DNA from: Geosiphon pyriformis uo1
Lineage: Eukaryota > Fungi > Glomeromycota
Assembly: GCA_016748015.1 (NCBI GenBank)
Contig: JAAOMT010000239.1
Coordinates: 158,356 to 222,355 of the forward strand
DNA length: 64,000 nucleotides
Direction of reading: 5' to 3'
Position numbers and translations under genes: made by a program. Shown here piece after piece: positions 13,092 through 26,408 of this stretch. The stretch's first letter is position 1. Every line of letters starts with the position of its first letter. Under the pieces are notes generated by a model. The model saw only the letters and a list, made by a program, of their open reading frames with translations, made no database searches and was not told the origin of the DNA.

Positions 13092-14734
13092 ATGGAAAAC
13101 CATGAAAATAAAAGAAGTCGTCCAGAAGTTCATGAGTGCAACGAGTGTTCTTTCTGTCAAGAGAGCATTCGAGATGAATGGAATAAGTGTAGAGCATGCA
13201 TTTCCTTATTTTTAAAAAAAAATTACAAAGACTTTTCAAGTGGCAATAAAATAGTAGACGAAATAATTAAGAATCCAATTTATAGTGAGCATGAAATAAA
13301 TTATTATGAATGGATTCCATGGAATCGTTTGTCAAAGGTCAACAAAAGTGGTGAGGGAGGGTTCGGTACACTTTATAAAGCAACATATATTGATGGATTC
13401 ATTGATCAGTTTAATATAAAACATCATGGTTCAATGGAATATAAAAGAAGAGGAAAAGAGGAAGTAGCAATAAAGTTTTTAAAGTTATCTTTGCGAACCA
13501 GTGATGAACTCTTTAAAGAGGTAATTAAATTATTATTATTATTTATTATTGTTTAATTACTTAATTTAATTAACAATTTATCATTCTTTCACCTTTGGTA
13601 GTTAAATATTCAAAGATCCATTCTCATTAATAATGTAAACACACAATTTATCTCTAAAATAATGGGAATTACACAAAACGCCATAACACTCGAGTATGGA
13701 ATTGTGATGAAATTTGCCGAATACGGAGACATGCGAAAGTATTTATCCACAAATTTTCATTCTACGAGTTGGTCTGATAAATTAGAATTCGCGTGGCAGA
13801 TAGCTAGTGGACTTTTAACAATTCATTCTGCTGGTATGGTTCACCGTGACCTACACTCGGGTAACATCCTACAATATTACACTAATAGGCTATATATTGC
13901 AGACCTTGGATTATGTCAACCTACATGCCATGAAACATCAATAGGATACTCAAACTTAAAAACAACAACAGGAAAATACGCAAAGAAAAAAAATATATAT
14001 GGAGTGATTCCATACATTCCACCAGAAGTTTTAAGAGGAGAAAAGTTTACAACAGCTGGTGATATTTATAGTTTCGCCATGATATTATGGGAATTAGCAA
14101 CAGGAAAGCCTCCCTTTCATGATTATTCTCATGATCAAATACTTATAATGGCTATTTTAAATGGTCAAAGACCTAAGATTACCTCCCCAATTATTCCACC
14201 TTCTATCGCTAAGCTAATTGAAAAGTGTTGGGATCCCAATCCAGAAAATCGTCCTACCACCAGAGAAGTTTACAAAAGATTAGAAAAACTTGATAAATAT
14301 AGTTTTGAGTTTCAGAAATCAGAAAAGTACATGAAAGAACATGTGAAAGGCGATGACTTGACAACAAAACCTTCAGAAAGATTTTCAAAATTTATTAAAT
14401 TCCTTAAAAGAACTATAAAACACAGGGAGATAACAAAAATATCAAGGGTAATAATTCATCCAGGAGCAGTTTATACAAGTCGTCTTTTAACTGCTCAAAC
14501 GGTTGATTTTTCAACAGGTTTCTTTCATTCAATTTATAAATGATGAATTTTTATTTGATTAATTTATTACTTTAATTAAATATTCTAACTTTCTTTTATT
14601 TTATATTATAAAAGGATTAGTCTATTTACCTCAAGGTAAGAATTTAAAATGTTAGAATTTGATTATTTATAATTGTTTAACACTTATTTATTTTTATTAT
14701 CTCATATCTAGAAATTCAAATTTTAAACTACTAA
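13092..14734 (+). CDS. Tyrosine-kinase-like (TKL) protein kinase with N-terminal Cys/His cluster (kinase 1)
   Basis: Exons 13092-13520, 13602-14517, 14615-14635, 14712-14734 (3' exons inferred). GEGGFG, VAIK, HRDLHSGN, DLG, PYIPPE, DIYSF and CW..P..RP are intact. SSGN..DEII and EWIPW are typical of Glomeromycotina TKLs. Confidence 0.92.
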
Positions 14735-15774
14735 ATAAAATGAATGTTTCAAGAAAACCTTTATAAAGTGTATTCAATTTTACAATTATTGTTTTGAATG
14801 AGACTTGGAATTTTTAGATTAAATTAAATTGCAAATAGAAATATAGTTTTTCTATCTTTTTAGTTTTATTTTATTTATGAATTCCATAATATTTGTTACG
14901 TTATATCTCCAAATCAGACCAAACAAAGTTTGAAGAAGAGATGAGTCATATTATAGCTTTAAGATTAGCTTAGAAACAAAGCAAAATAGACATAGATTTA
15001 TATATTTCTTGATTTCGATTTCAGAAATTGCAAATCAATATTATCTATCTAACGTAAAATTGAAAATTGAAAACCGAAATATAATAAAATTCTTTTTATA
15101 TTTTCATTTAGGTAGTCTCAAATAATAAAGCTAACAGCTTTTCCGATCTTGACGGTTGGATCGCATTTCAATTTTGAATATTACAATTAGAGAAAGATGA
15201 ATAGTTTTTGGTAGATTTCGACATAAAATATTCCTCTTGTTTTTTCTATCCTACTCGAATGAAAAATATTCCAATTGAGATCTTCAAAAAGGTAAGAGGC
15301 TAAATATTCTTGATCCTTTCATTAAATTAATAATTATTTTATCAATAAATTTTAATTTGATAACGTTGTGAAAAACTAAACAAGGTTTAAAATTGTATCA
15401 TTAAAAATGAAACTCATAAATTTATTAAAACCTTTTCAAGCTAGAATCAAACTAGAAAAAATCTTCTATAAAAAAGATTAAGGGTTCACCAAAAAGAAAG
15501 CACCTTTAAAATTTTCCAGTAAATAATTAATTTTTTCATAATGTTGCACCTACGATTACCTGTGCATTCATTATTCTTTTGGTGGCAACAATTCTTCTTC
15601 CACATATCTTCTTCTCGACTCTACCAGTTGCAGTGATTCCAAAAATGTACCGATTGTGGTGACAAGCGTTGATCACGAGTAAAATGGATTTTAATACAAT
15701 TTTCAATTTAACAATATTAATAAATCCCCTATAATATTTCAAAATTAAAACTTCAAATTCATTTATTATTATAG

Positions 15775-17068
15775 GACATGTCTTTTTAATAAGCCGCACT
15801 ATGTATAAAACGTAATTATATTTTAATAACCCCATAAATTATTGTGAATTGTTTATTTTACTAAAATATATTTATTTAATATAGGTTCGCTAAGTTGGGT
15901 GATATATTTACAATTTATATTGGCCCTCAGCGCTTTATAATTATAAACAGCCCCAAAGAGATGTGTATAAGAGACAGCCAATATTCTTGTCCTTTCCTCC
16001 ATATCGAAAGGAGCTTTCCAACATTATACAATTACGTGACGAATTGGAAACACTAATGCGAGGCTTATTGAAAAGAGTAGAGGATGATTTGGAAAAGAAA
16101 CCATGTGTTTCCCAAGATTTTTTGCAGAAATTGAATGAAGGCTCTATTGACGAGTTAAGCGTTATTACATTATGCAATGTGTTTATGCTAGCAGGAACAG
16201 TGAGTCCATAAATTTTATTTTAATAAGTGAATATCTCTATAATAAGTCGGATAAATTTTAAAAATCTTTTTGCCAATTCTAGGAAACCGTAGCAATTACT
16301 ATATATTGGCTTATTGCAATTTTAGCCAATCATCCTGAGTTTCAACAGAAAGCGCACAAAGAATTAGACAAAGTAGTTGGACGTAAACGTTTACCAAACA
16401 TATCTGATTTTAACTCACTTCCATATATCCAATCGCTGATTAAAGAAACTCTTCGTTGGATTCCTCTAGTTAGGAAGCTTTTTATATTCCACTACATTTT
16501 TTTTTCGAAATATATCACTTATATATTCATAGTTTTTCTATTATTATTAGGATCCAGCACCGTTAAGGTTTCTTGAACAAGATGATGAATATTTTAGGAT
16601 ATCATATCCCAAAAAATTCAATGATTTATTTAAATGTTTATGCGTTGAATTTTGACGAAAACCGGTATCAAAATCCCGACGTTTTCAATCCGGATCGGTT
16701 TCTTGATTCAAAAGAAAGCATGGCCGCCTCGGCAAAAGGTTCCTACGAAAATCGAGATCATTATTCTTTTTCGATGGGGAGACGAATTTGTACTCGAATT
16801 CACTTAGTAAGTTTTTAACGATTCTTTTATAGATTCATTTTATTCTCCCCTAAATTCTGAAAATAAAATTTATATTTAATAGGCTGAAGCAGAAACGCTC
16901 TCTATCTTAAGTGGGCTACTTTGGACCTTTAAAATCGAAAACGTGAAACGGGATGCAACTGGAAGAGTTCTTCCAATTGATCTAAATAATTCCTTTAAAA
17001 GTCGTCTTCAGACTCCTTATCCATTTAATGTTCGATTCATCCCGAGGCATCAAGAAATAAATCTTTAA
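15775..17068 (+). pseudogene. Cytochrome P450, disrupted (internal gap at an adapter junction plus a frameshift)
   Basis: GHVFL..FAKLGDIFTIYIGPQR, I-helix AGTETVA, K-helix KETLR, PDRF and heme motif FSMGRRICTR. One extra T near 16592-16595 breaks DDEYLGYHIPK. The middle of the protein is missing at 15959-15977. A hydrophobic anchor-like stretch without an in-frame ATG lies at about 15540-15660. Confidence 0.8.
15959..15977 (+). other. Tn5 mosaic end / Nextera adapter sequence (assembly artefact)
   Basis: Exact AGATGTGTATAAGAGACAG, which translates to the known contaminant peptides MCIRD / CLLYTS. Confidence 0.95.
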
Positions 17069-17884
17069 CCTATAATTAAAATATTAAAGATCTATAAATA
17101 TATTTCAAGTTTCTTTAAACTGATTTTAATAGCTGAAAGAAATTCTTAATACTTGATTCTTTAATTTACCATTATAATACCAATTTACAGGGCATATAAT
17201 ATATTATATGGTTAGCATTTTGTAATAACAAATTCAAATATTTTGAAGTTGTTTTTAATTACTGCATAATTAACTAATGTATTTAATAAAAGATGAAATA
17301 TTAGCTAATATCAATATCTCAAAATTATATATTTACCGCAGTTTATTTATTTCAAAATGATTTGAAATTACTTTTAGTTTAAAATTTTATTTTGAATAAA
17401 AAATGTAGAGCTAAGATAATATTTGAATTGATTATATTAAATTATATATATTGTTTTTTAAATACTGAATGTGTTTATTAATATGAAGTGAAAAGTTTTA
17501 TTAAAAAGATTTACTTATTTTTAATGTTTTTGTAAATAAAATTTTTAAAATGTTTGATATTTGAAAATTATCTATTTGCTATTTCAAATAAATAGGATTT
17601 ATTTGAAATTTCACATATTATGCTATTAATATTTCTGAATTAGAAAATATTCTTTAGGTGTGAGAGAATAAATTTTATAATCAACTAAATAAATTGATAA
17701 AAATATTTTTATTAATATATAAAATATCGTACTTAATATACTATATTTAAAATTTACACTACAATTAAAGTCATCACGATTAGATCTAAAATAAATAAAT
17801 GCAAACTAATTATAGATAAAATTTTTTTAACTCTTACTTTTAGTATATTAAATATAAATAAAATATTAATCCCTAAAATCCATC

Positions 17885-18205
17885 ATTTATAACATCAACC
17901 ATTTGAGCAGTTAAAAAACGACTTGTAATCTTGGAAAATTTGTCCTTAAATAATCTGTTGTTCAGGTTTTTTTAAGGAATTTGATATATTTTGAACATCT
18001 TCCTGAATGGTTTGTTTTCGAATCGTCCCCTTTCATATTTCTTTTATGTACTTTTCTGACTCCTTAAACTCTAACCAACCAGAAGAAATCTATCTAATTT
18101 CTCTTTAACCTCTTTGGCAGGAGAACGATTCTCAGAATTAGAGTCCCAACACGTTTCGATGAGTTCATCATCGATAAAAGGTAGAATAAGGAGGAAGTAA
18201 TTTTA
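17885..18205 (-). pseudogene. TKL kinase C-terminal fragment
   Basis: Reverse complement reads ELIETCWDSNSENRSPAKEV, ESEKYIK and SRFLTAQMVD, with indels. Confidence 0.8.
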
Positions 18206-21200
18206 TTCTTTTCTTTTCTTTTCTTAATTTGTATATGGTTAGTTTTTGTAAAGTATAGTGAATAAATTTTTATTCAAAAGTACAAACAATACCTGTTATT
18301 GAATTATAAAAATGTTAATATAAAACATATAATTATAGCAGCTGTTTTATTTTTTGTTGACAGTATTTTTCAAAGTTGAAATTTCTCCTTGATTATTTTC
18401 TTGCCATACAATATTTGTTCTTTCTTGCTATTTATTAGCATGTTACTTTAACTAATAATAATAGATTAATATTTGGCTGTATTGTTTAATATAGTTATTT
18501 TTGGAAAAACATTTTCTATTAAAAAACAAAATAAATTGTGTTTTAATACACACTTTTATTCAGCTAAACTATAAAATCACCTAATTTAAAAAAAAGCTGA
18601 ACTAATAACATAAAAACTAAAACAGTTTCTTTTGGAAATGCTATTGGCTTTAATGATATATAGAAGATTATTACTAATTGTCAAAAATTTTATAAGTAAA
18701 TAATCTTTATTTTGGTGTTTGGTGTTTTTAAAAAATCAAATTGGCTTATATTAAGCTTGTATTTTAATAATTATATAGTTTTATTAATATTAAAATGGTT
18801 ATTAAGAATAATATTAAGCTTTTTTGTATGAAGTTTATATTTCAAATTTTTTTGAATATTGCAACCAAAGTTGAACTGGCTGAATCTTTTTCTCACTACA
18901 TTAAAAATTATCAAATCTGTTGTAGCTTCATTTTTGTTTCTGTCTTTGCTGTTATCGTACTTTTTGACACATTAAATTATAAAGTTAATAATGCTTTTGG
19001 GGGTATTTGGTGAAGTTTTCACAATTAAATTTAAGCATATTGTTTTGTGACAATATGTTGTTGTTTATTTTAAGAACTCTGTTTCTGCTGATTTTGCTCT
19101 GAACCACAAAAAAAATAGTGTTAGAATTTTTTGCTTCTGGATCAAGAAAAGATAATTGTCTTGAGAAATTTTTTTAAGGTGAATCTGATTAATCTTCTTT
19201 CTGGCTGCACAGCTCATGAAATTAGTTACAAGATCACTTAAGTGCAGTTATTATCAAAAAAAGAATGCTCAACAACCAAAAAAATATTATTCTCAAATTT
19301 CAAAGCATAAAAATACATCCAAACTGATAATAATTTTCTAAGAAACTGCACAAAATTCAAAACTCTTCTTGACTAGACATAATGATATATTATTCTTTGA
19401 ACGATTTTTCCGAATGTGTACATTAAGCTCTAAATTTTAAATCGAAGCGGTATTTTACACATAGAATCATAGATGTCTTGAATTCTAAAGATAATATGAT
19501 TTTCACAGAACAATATTTGCTTCGAAATTGACATGATATCACTTTTGTTCATTTAAAGGTAGTGTCAGATGATGTAGAATGAAAACGAAATGATGCTTCT
19601 AAGAAAATATTATACACGAAATCGGTTAAATTATTGGAAGGGGTTCTCAAAACCAGATTAAAATAATATTTCGCTTAATACGAGATAAATGAAAAAAGTA
19701 ATAAAGAGTTTTCGGGTTTAAAAAATGAAATAGGCAAACATCAAAAAAGTTGGTTTTCACATATCATTATAAATTACAGGATCAATATCTCATTAATAAA
19801 ATAATCATATTCTAGAGTCATTATGTCGAAAGTATTTACATATGGCATTCAAAAATGTGCGACCTTTTAACACGGTAATCACCCTATTTAATTTTCTTTG
19901 TGTTCATAGCTTTCTATAGAATCTTTCAAGTTTTAAACAAATTGTGTGTTTTATCCCAATTGGCTGGGAACAAATGAATCTCAGAAAAATTAAGCGAATT
20001 TATCTTTGTAAATACCAACTAAATAGTTTCATGAATTATACGTTGCATTAATTTCCCAGAGCCCACTTATTTATTATTAGTTTTAAATTTAATCTAAGCA
20101 ACTCTTCATTTTGCGATTATAAATACCCCAAAATTATCCTCAAAAGAAAGTTATTGCCGAGAACAATTGTTAAATATTATTAATAAAGAACAATACTCTA
20201 TTTGTACCAAGAATACGATGAACTTTTTTTTATTTCCTATCAACTAATTCAAAATGTATTTTCTACTATTTTTTGCATAATTTCTTGAATATAACACTGA
20301 TAAGCATAATCAATAATTTAGGTAACGCTTTTTACCATTGTCTGTGAACGTACAAGATTTTTTTAATAGAAATTCCCTATAAAACCTGTTTATTACATGC
20401 ACAATTAACATCAGCTGCCCTAATTGTGGAAAAACAATGCTTATCTCCTGCCTTTTTCGATATGCTTTTAAAATATTTTAGGACATTGTTAGTATACTTT
20501 AACAATGCATCGCCAAATTTATAGTTAAATCGAACAATAATTTTTAACCTGGGTATTGAAAATTTCTACCAAAATTTAGCTTTTTACCATTTTGATTTAA
20601 TTCGTATTGTTTCCAATTATAGATGCTGATATGAAGACCATGATTTTTTGCTATAAAACTAACGGTGCTTTCCCAACTTCTCTTCTCTCAATCCAAATCA
20701 ACAAAATAACCAAAAGAAAAAAAGCAAAGCAAATAAAATAAAGTAATTTGAAAAATGCAACCAACAACCAACAATCAATCCTTATTCAATCCGCTCTCAA
20801 TCATCGCTCCTGGCAATGGCTCTATTAAAGGACCAACCGGTGACCCAGACGATGGTAGCGGCACTGGTCAATGCTCAATTATGTAAATTCAAAAATTATT
20901 CCCATCGAAAATTCTCTTTCTTGACCACCACCATCACTTTTTGCCGCCAAATTTATAACCGAACCAAATTTTTTAAAAGTTATGTTCGTTACCTCTGGCT
21001 CATACTTTTTTAAGAGGTTTAACGATTTGATTCAAATTAGTTAATACCGAGTTTAAACGCTTTAAATGATAGTTTAGCCTTCAAAAATGAATTATCTCTT
21101 TAAATATTTATAATTTTAATTTTGTATCAATCCTATTAAATTAATTTTTATTTGACTTGTTTTTATATGATATATAATTAATTACTAAATGTCAAATAAG

Positions 21201-24200
21201 TAACAAGATCAATAATTAATTGTGAAAACAACAATTTTTTCTTGAAAAAAGATTTTGAATCAAAACAAGAAAAAAAATTGATTCTTGACTAAACTGAACA
21301 GAAGCTTTTACTTTAATAATTTTTATAATATTGATTTTGTGAATATAAATGTCTGAAAAACAAATTTAAATTTTTTCTGTTCAATTGAATTTCCAGTTAA
21401 ATAATAAAATAATTAACTGGTCTCATGCCAGCTTTTTAACAAAAGGTTTTATTCTATTTTGAACAAATATCTATCATTTTGAATCATAATCAAATTCATG
21501 CATAACATTGGATTCATTTCAGCATGCGAATTGCTAAAATAAAAATCACAAATTCCATACTAATGTGGCCTGAAATATTTTATTCAAATTTCTCTCAATT
21601 AATCCCCATAATCCACCAAACCAAAAGAAATAATTCAATCGAGTCACAACTATATTTCTCATTATGAATACATAGAATAATTGTATGACCAAGTTCCAAG
21701 AGATCGATTAGTTTTTTTCCATCCCAAATTTAAAAAAAAAACTTTTTACCAAATTTACTTTTAATCATTTTATGACTTTTATTTTATTTACAATCATCAG
21801 CATATAAATTGTTTAACTTAAAAATAATTACATATAATTTTCACACAAATATAACTTTTTTAAAAATTATAAAAGAATAACTTGAATTGGTTGCAACTTT
21901 TAAAAGATGATCTTGACACAAAAATCAAGAGTATACCTTTCTAATACAGAGAAAAACAGTACTGACACACCATATATACACATAACAACAAAAAACTCAC
22001 AGATAGAGAATTTCTGCAAAACTTTTTTTACTAACAAATACTATTACAATGTTTAAAAAAGGAATTGGCTCTTTTTATATACATATAGCATTTAATAATG
22101 AATTGACAATTATCTCTGCGTCCCAAATAGCAAAAATACAGAGAGTAATTTCTCCAGTTATTAGAAATAAACGCAACCAATACTTTTGATAACCATTAGG
22201 AAGACAGAAACACTTTTGGTAATGCTGGCACATAAAGATATTATGTTTTTTACTCAAAAGTTTGATTCAGTTATTGTCTCATTATTTAAGGTATTGGATA
22301 TAATAAATTGAAATAAAAAAATTACGCAAAAAATTTTCAAAAAATATTCTGCTGGGTTTATTATTATTTTTATCAACATCTGATTTCTAAGGCCAAGCAA
22401 TAAGCTGTTACAGCGTCAAACATTCTTTTTGGGATATTAAGATATTCCTTAAATGCTCCTATGGAATTCATTAAAAATAATTAACTTTACTACATTTATT
22501 GTCATTATGAGGTAAAAAAAAGTTTAATTTCATTAACCACTTTATTATCATTTGAAAAGTCTGAAAAGTTTTTCAAAAAATCAGAAATGGCATATTGCAT
22601 GCAAATTCACCCAATTATTTTGAATGTTTTTTTAACATTCATAGAAGTCATGAGCTTTTAAACAGGTTGCTTTAGTTTCAAAATTTTCCATAATGTAAAT
22701 CAAATTTGCATAAGTATTTATGAAAACGTTTCTAAATATGATTCAGATAGTTCAAAATTCGAAACCTAATAATTAAAAGATTAAAATCCATACTAAATTG
22801 ATTGTATCTCAATTGAAAAACTCCAACTCAAATGCTGCATTCATTGATGAAATCATGTGAAGCCCCTATATTAAGTGGCTTGTTTATTATTTCAGCATTT
22901 TTTTTCACATTTGACATGTTACAAAATGGATATTGAAGAATTGATACTTTGAAAATTCAAGAATGTATTTAGTTTTAATATACTGATACTTTCCATTGTT
23001 TTAAGGCTATCAAAATTCTATTGTTTCAGATGATTTGGCTTTCGCAACAACCATTTTAAATTGAAAAATAGCCCTTTTTTACAACACAGCTACTGATAGC
23101 GTCTCAAGTACAATTATATTATAATCTTATATTTCAAAATATTTTGTGCTGAATTATTTTAAACTGAAATGATATTATCTAAAGCTTTGAGGTATATACT
23201 ATTAAGCTTAAAGAATTAAATTTTTTTTATTATAAATTTAATAGTCGTAATACAAAATATTTTTTTAGGAAATAATTGTGGCTTTATTTTAATTTAGTTC
23301 GTGACAAACCATATTATAAAAATTTTCTTTCAATGGTTAATTAAAATTTAAAAATAATAATTTTTGATACTCGATTATAATAAAATATTATAGAATTAAT
23401 TATACATTATATGATTAATAAATGTAATATATAAAAATATAACCAATATTCTTGAAGATTAAAATCAATTGTAAAGTTTTAGAATTAAAGATAACTAATA
23501 TATTCACTTCAGTTTTTAATTAGCGCTGGTTATAATTTTTAGATAAATGTCATTTGAATTTTAGAAAATAATTATAGATATAACAGCAAAAAATATTTGA
23601 GGGATAGACTTGCAAGTGAAATTTATTCAAAGTAAATAACAATGAATTATAGATTATTTTAGATTTGCAATGATTAACAAATAAGTTCTCAAACTATTGT
23701 AATCTTAAAGATTTATTGAATCTTTATTTAATTATTAATTTTTACAATTTCGCTAACATTAATTTAAAATAATTGAATCATTGATTATAAGGTCTGTTAT
23801 AAAAAAATATGATATCTTTGCTTTTCTTTAACTAATTGTATTTATTTCTGCTATCAAGTGCAGAAATATGAGCTTCAATTTTTTTAAACATTTCGAGTAA
23901 TCATATGTTAATTTTTGCTTGATATTTTATTAATATCAAATATTTAAAAGGGTAAAATCTTTTAAAACATTCTGTTACATTCAATAAAGTATAATTAAAA
24001 TGCATGTAAATATTTTGAATTGACTTTTTAATAAAATATTTTAATCAAGATTTGCTGATAAGCAATGTGTGTCTGAAAATAGTTCTATAAATTAGAAACT
24101 TAAAAAAAATGTTTTTTTAAATATAAAAATTATTAGAATTACAAAATAATTTGCAAAGTTTTAAATTTTTTCATATAAATTATAAAAAATAATATTTTAA

Positions 24201-24312
24201 TTTCATGTAAATAAATTGGAATTAAAACTAAATAAAAGGATCTAACATAATTAAAAAATATTAATTCGATCTTACTAATAATAGATACACATCAGTCATA
24301 ACTTCAATAATT

Positions 24313-24792
24313 AGAATTACAATATATGCTGAAACATTCAAGTATGGGGATTGTGATGGATATGGAAGTATTTATCAGCAAATTTTCATTTTACTCGTTA
24401 ATCCGATAAATTAATGATAGTTCATAGACTGAATTATATTAATTCTGCTAGTATGGTTTATTGTGACCTACACTCTGGCAACATCCTAAAAAGTACAAAT
24501 ATATGGTTAGAAATTGGAGACCTCGAATTATGTCAATCAGCAAATTATAATCACCAATAGGACTCTAAAAAGCAACAGCAAACAATAAGTTACAAGAGGA
24601 GGAGAAATTATATGGAGTAATTACATATGTTCTACCCAAAGTTTTAAGAAAAGAAAAGTTTATTTCGACTGGTAATATTTATAGATATGGAATGTTATTT
24701 GAGAGTTGGCAACACGGAAGTCTTTCTTTCATGATTGCTCTCATAATCAAATCCTTATAATGGCTATTTTAAACAAAAAAAGACTTAAAAAT
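24313..24792 (+). pseudogene. Decayed TKL kinase catalytic-domain fragment
   Basis: Aligns to kinase exon 2 (gctgaaacattcaagtatgggattgtg; tgtgacctacactctggcaacatcct; tatggagtaattacata; ctcataatcaaatccttataatggc) with deletions and many C>T/G>A changes. Confidence 0.85.
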
Positions 24793-26408
24793 AGTGATCA
24801 AGAATATAAGTAAATTGAAATTATTGTATTGACCTGGTAACTAAAAAACTGATTCTGAATTTTTATAGTTTTGGGAAGTCTCACTTATATATTTTCAAAA
24901 AAAATCAATAATTTGGTCAATTATTAAGTTTTTGATCAAGTCAATAATTACATTAATGACTTATTCTTAAAAATAAGATGGCTAAAAAAGATAATATCAG
25001 TGGTTAATACATGTAAATAAATATAATTTGATAATTAATATAACTAAAAAACTAAGAAATTTAAGTATGACACTATTTTTATTTTAATAAACATATTATT
25101 ACTGCTGTTATTAAAAAAAGTGGTTGAATTTTTTGGAATTTTACTAAAATTAGTTTTTTTCTGTTTTTAATAATAGAATTTTTAAGTTATTTGTTAAATG
25201 TATATGCCGTTAATACTATTTTTTTATATTTGAGATATATATTTTTAATTTTTGTATTAAAGACATTTATTAAAAGTTCCAATCAGTTTTAAAATTAAAA
25301 AAGTTATTTTTTACCTAAAAATTCAATTTTCAATTATTTTTTAAGTTAAACAATTTACACTTTTAATAGTTGTAAAATAATAAAAAAATTCGATTCAAAT
25401 TTTTCTTCAAATCTGAGATAAAAATAAATTTTCTTAAAAAAAAAAAGCTTTTTTTTTATACATTTTAAAATAAAACTATTTTGAGTTTTAATTTGTAAAA
25501 ATATTGGTACATTTCTAAAGACTGAATGTAAATTTTTTATTAAAAATTTTTAAATAATTTTATTATATATTTATAATTTTTTGTAATTGCTTTTTCAATT
25601 ATATATTTTTAATATTTAAAATGATTTTTAAGAAAATATTTCAAAAATAATTTAAAATATATATATATATCCAAATCTTTATTTAAATTTATTAATTATT
25701 CATTTTAATATGATTAAAAATGTTATATTATATTATTTTTAAACTTTTTACTTTTTGAATTAATTTACACACATTAATTCATATAACTAATTTAATAATA
25801 ACAATAAATTTTTAATTAAAAAAAAATGTATATTAAAATTAAGATTCTAAAATAGTAAAGTAATTCGTTTAAAAATTATTTTTTTTTCAAGTAAATTGAT
25901 TGCAAAATATTGTAAAAGTAACAATTATAAAGACATCAATTAAGTGATATTAAAATAATAAAGAATTTTTATGTGTATAATCAACTTATCATTCACGAAT
26001 TTTGTGCTATAACAAGAAAAATAAGTGTTTAAAAATTTAATTATTTCCCTAATGAAAAATCTTTAATGAATTAGCATAATTAATATATCATGGCATCTAA
26101 TATAAGATTGATAGATCTATAAAATTAAAAAGTTTTTTTTTAATAAGCTTTACAGAATTACAACTATGCTATACTATAAACTTTACTGCGTTCGCTCATT
26201 CTTCTAAAGAATCGAAACCCTTTAAATATCAAGTGCGTAATCCTAAGAAAGCGATTTCAATTCTGAAGGTTTATTTCAGCTTATTGCTAGGAACCCTTAG
26301 ATAATAAAGCTAAAAGGCTATAAACGGACATAATTGTCCAACAAATAAAAAACTAAAATAAGTAGATAATCCTAACTAAAACCTGAAAAGAAATCAATAA
26401 TCCGAGTT

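Noticed and set aside
15536-15835. 99-aa minus-strand ORF
   Set aside because: Antisense to the probable 5' exons and introns of the P450, with AT-biased composition.
18795-23100. Short ORFs and a CPNC-containing stretch near 20415 in moderately complex DNA
   Set aside because: No coherent reading frame or family motif could be assembled by eye; possibly decayed genes, but unsupported.
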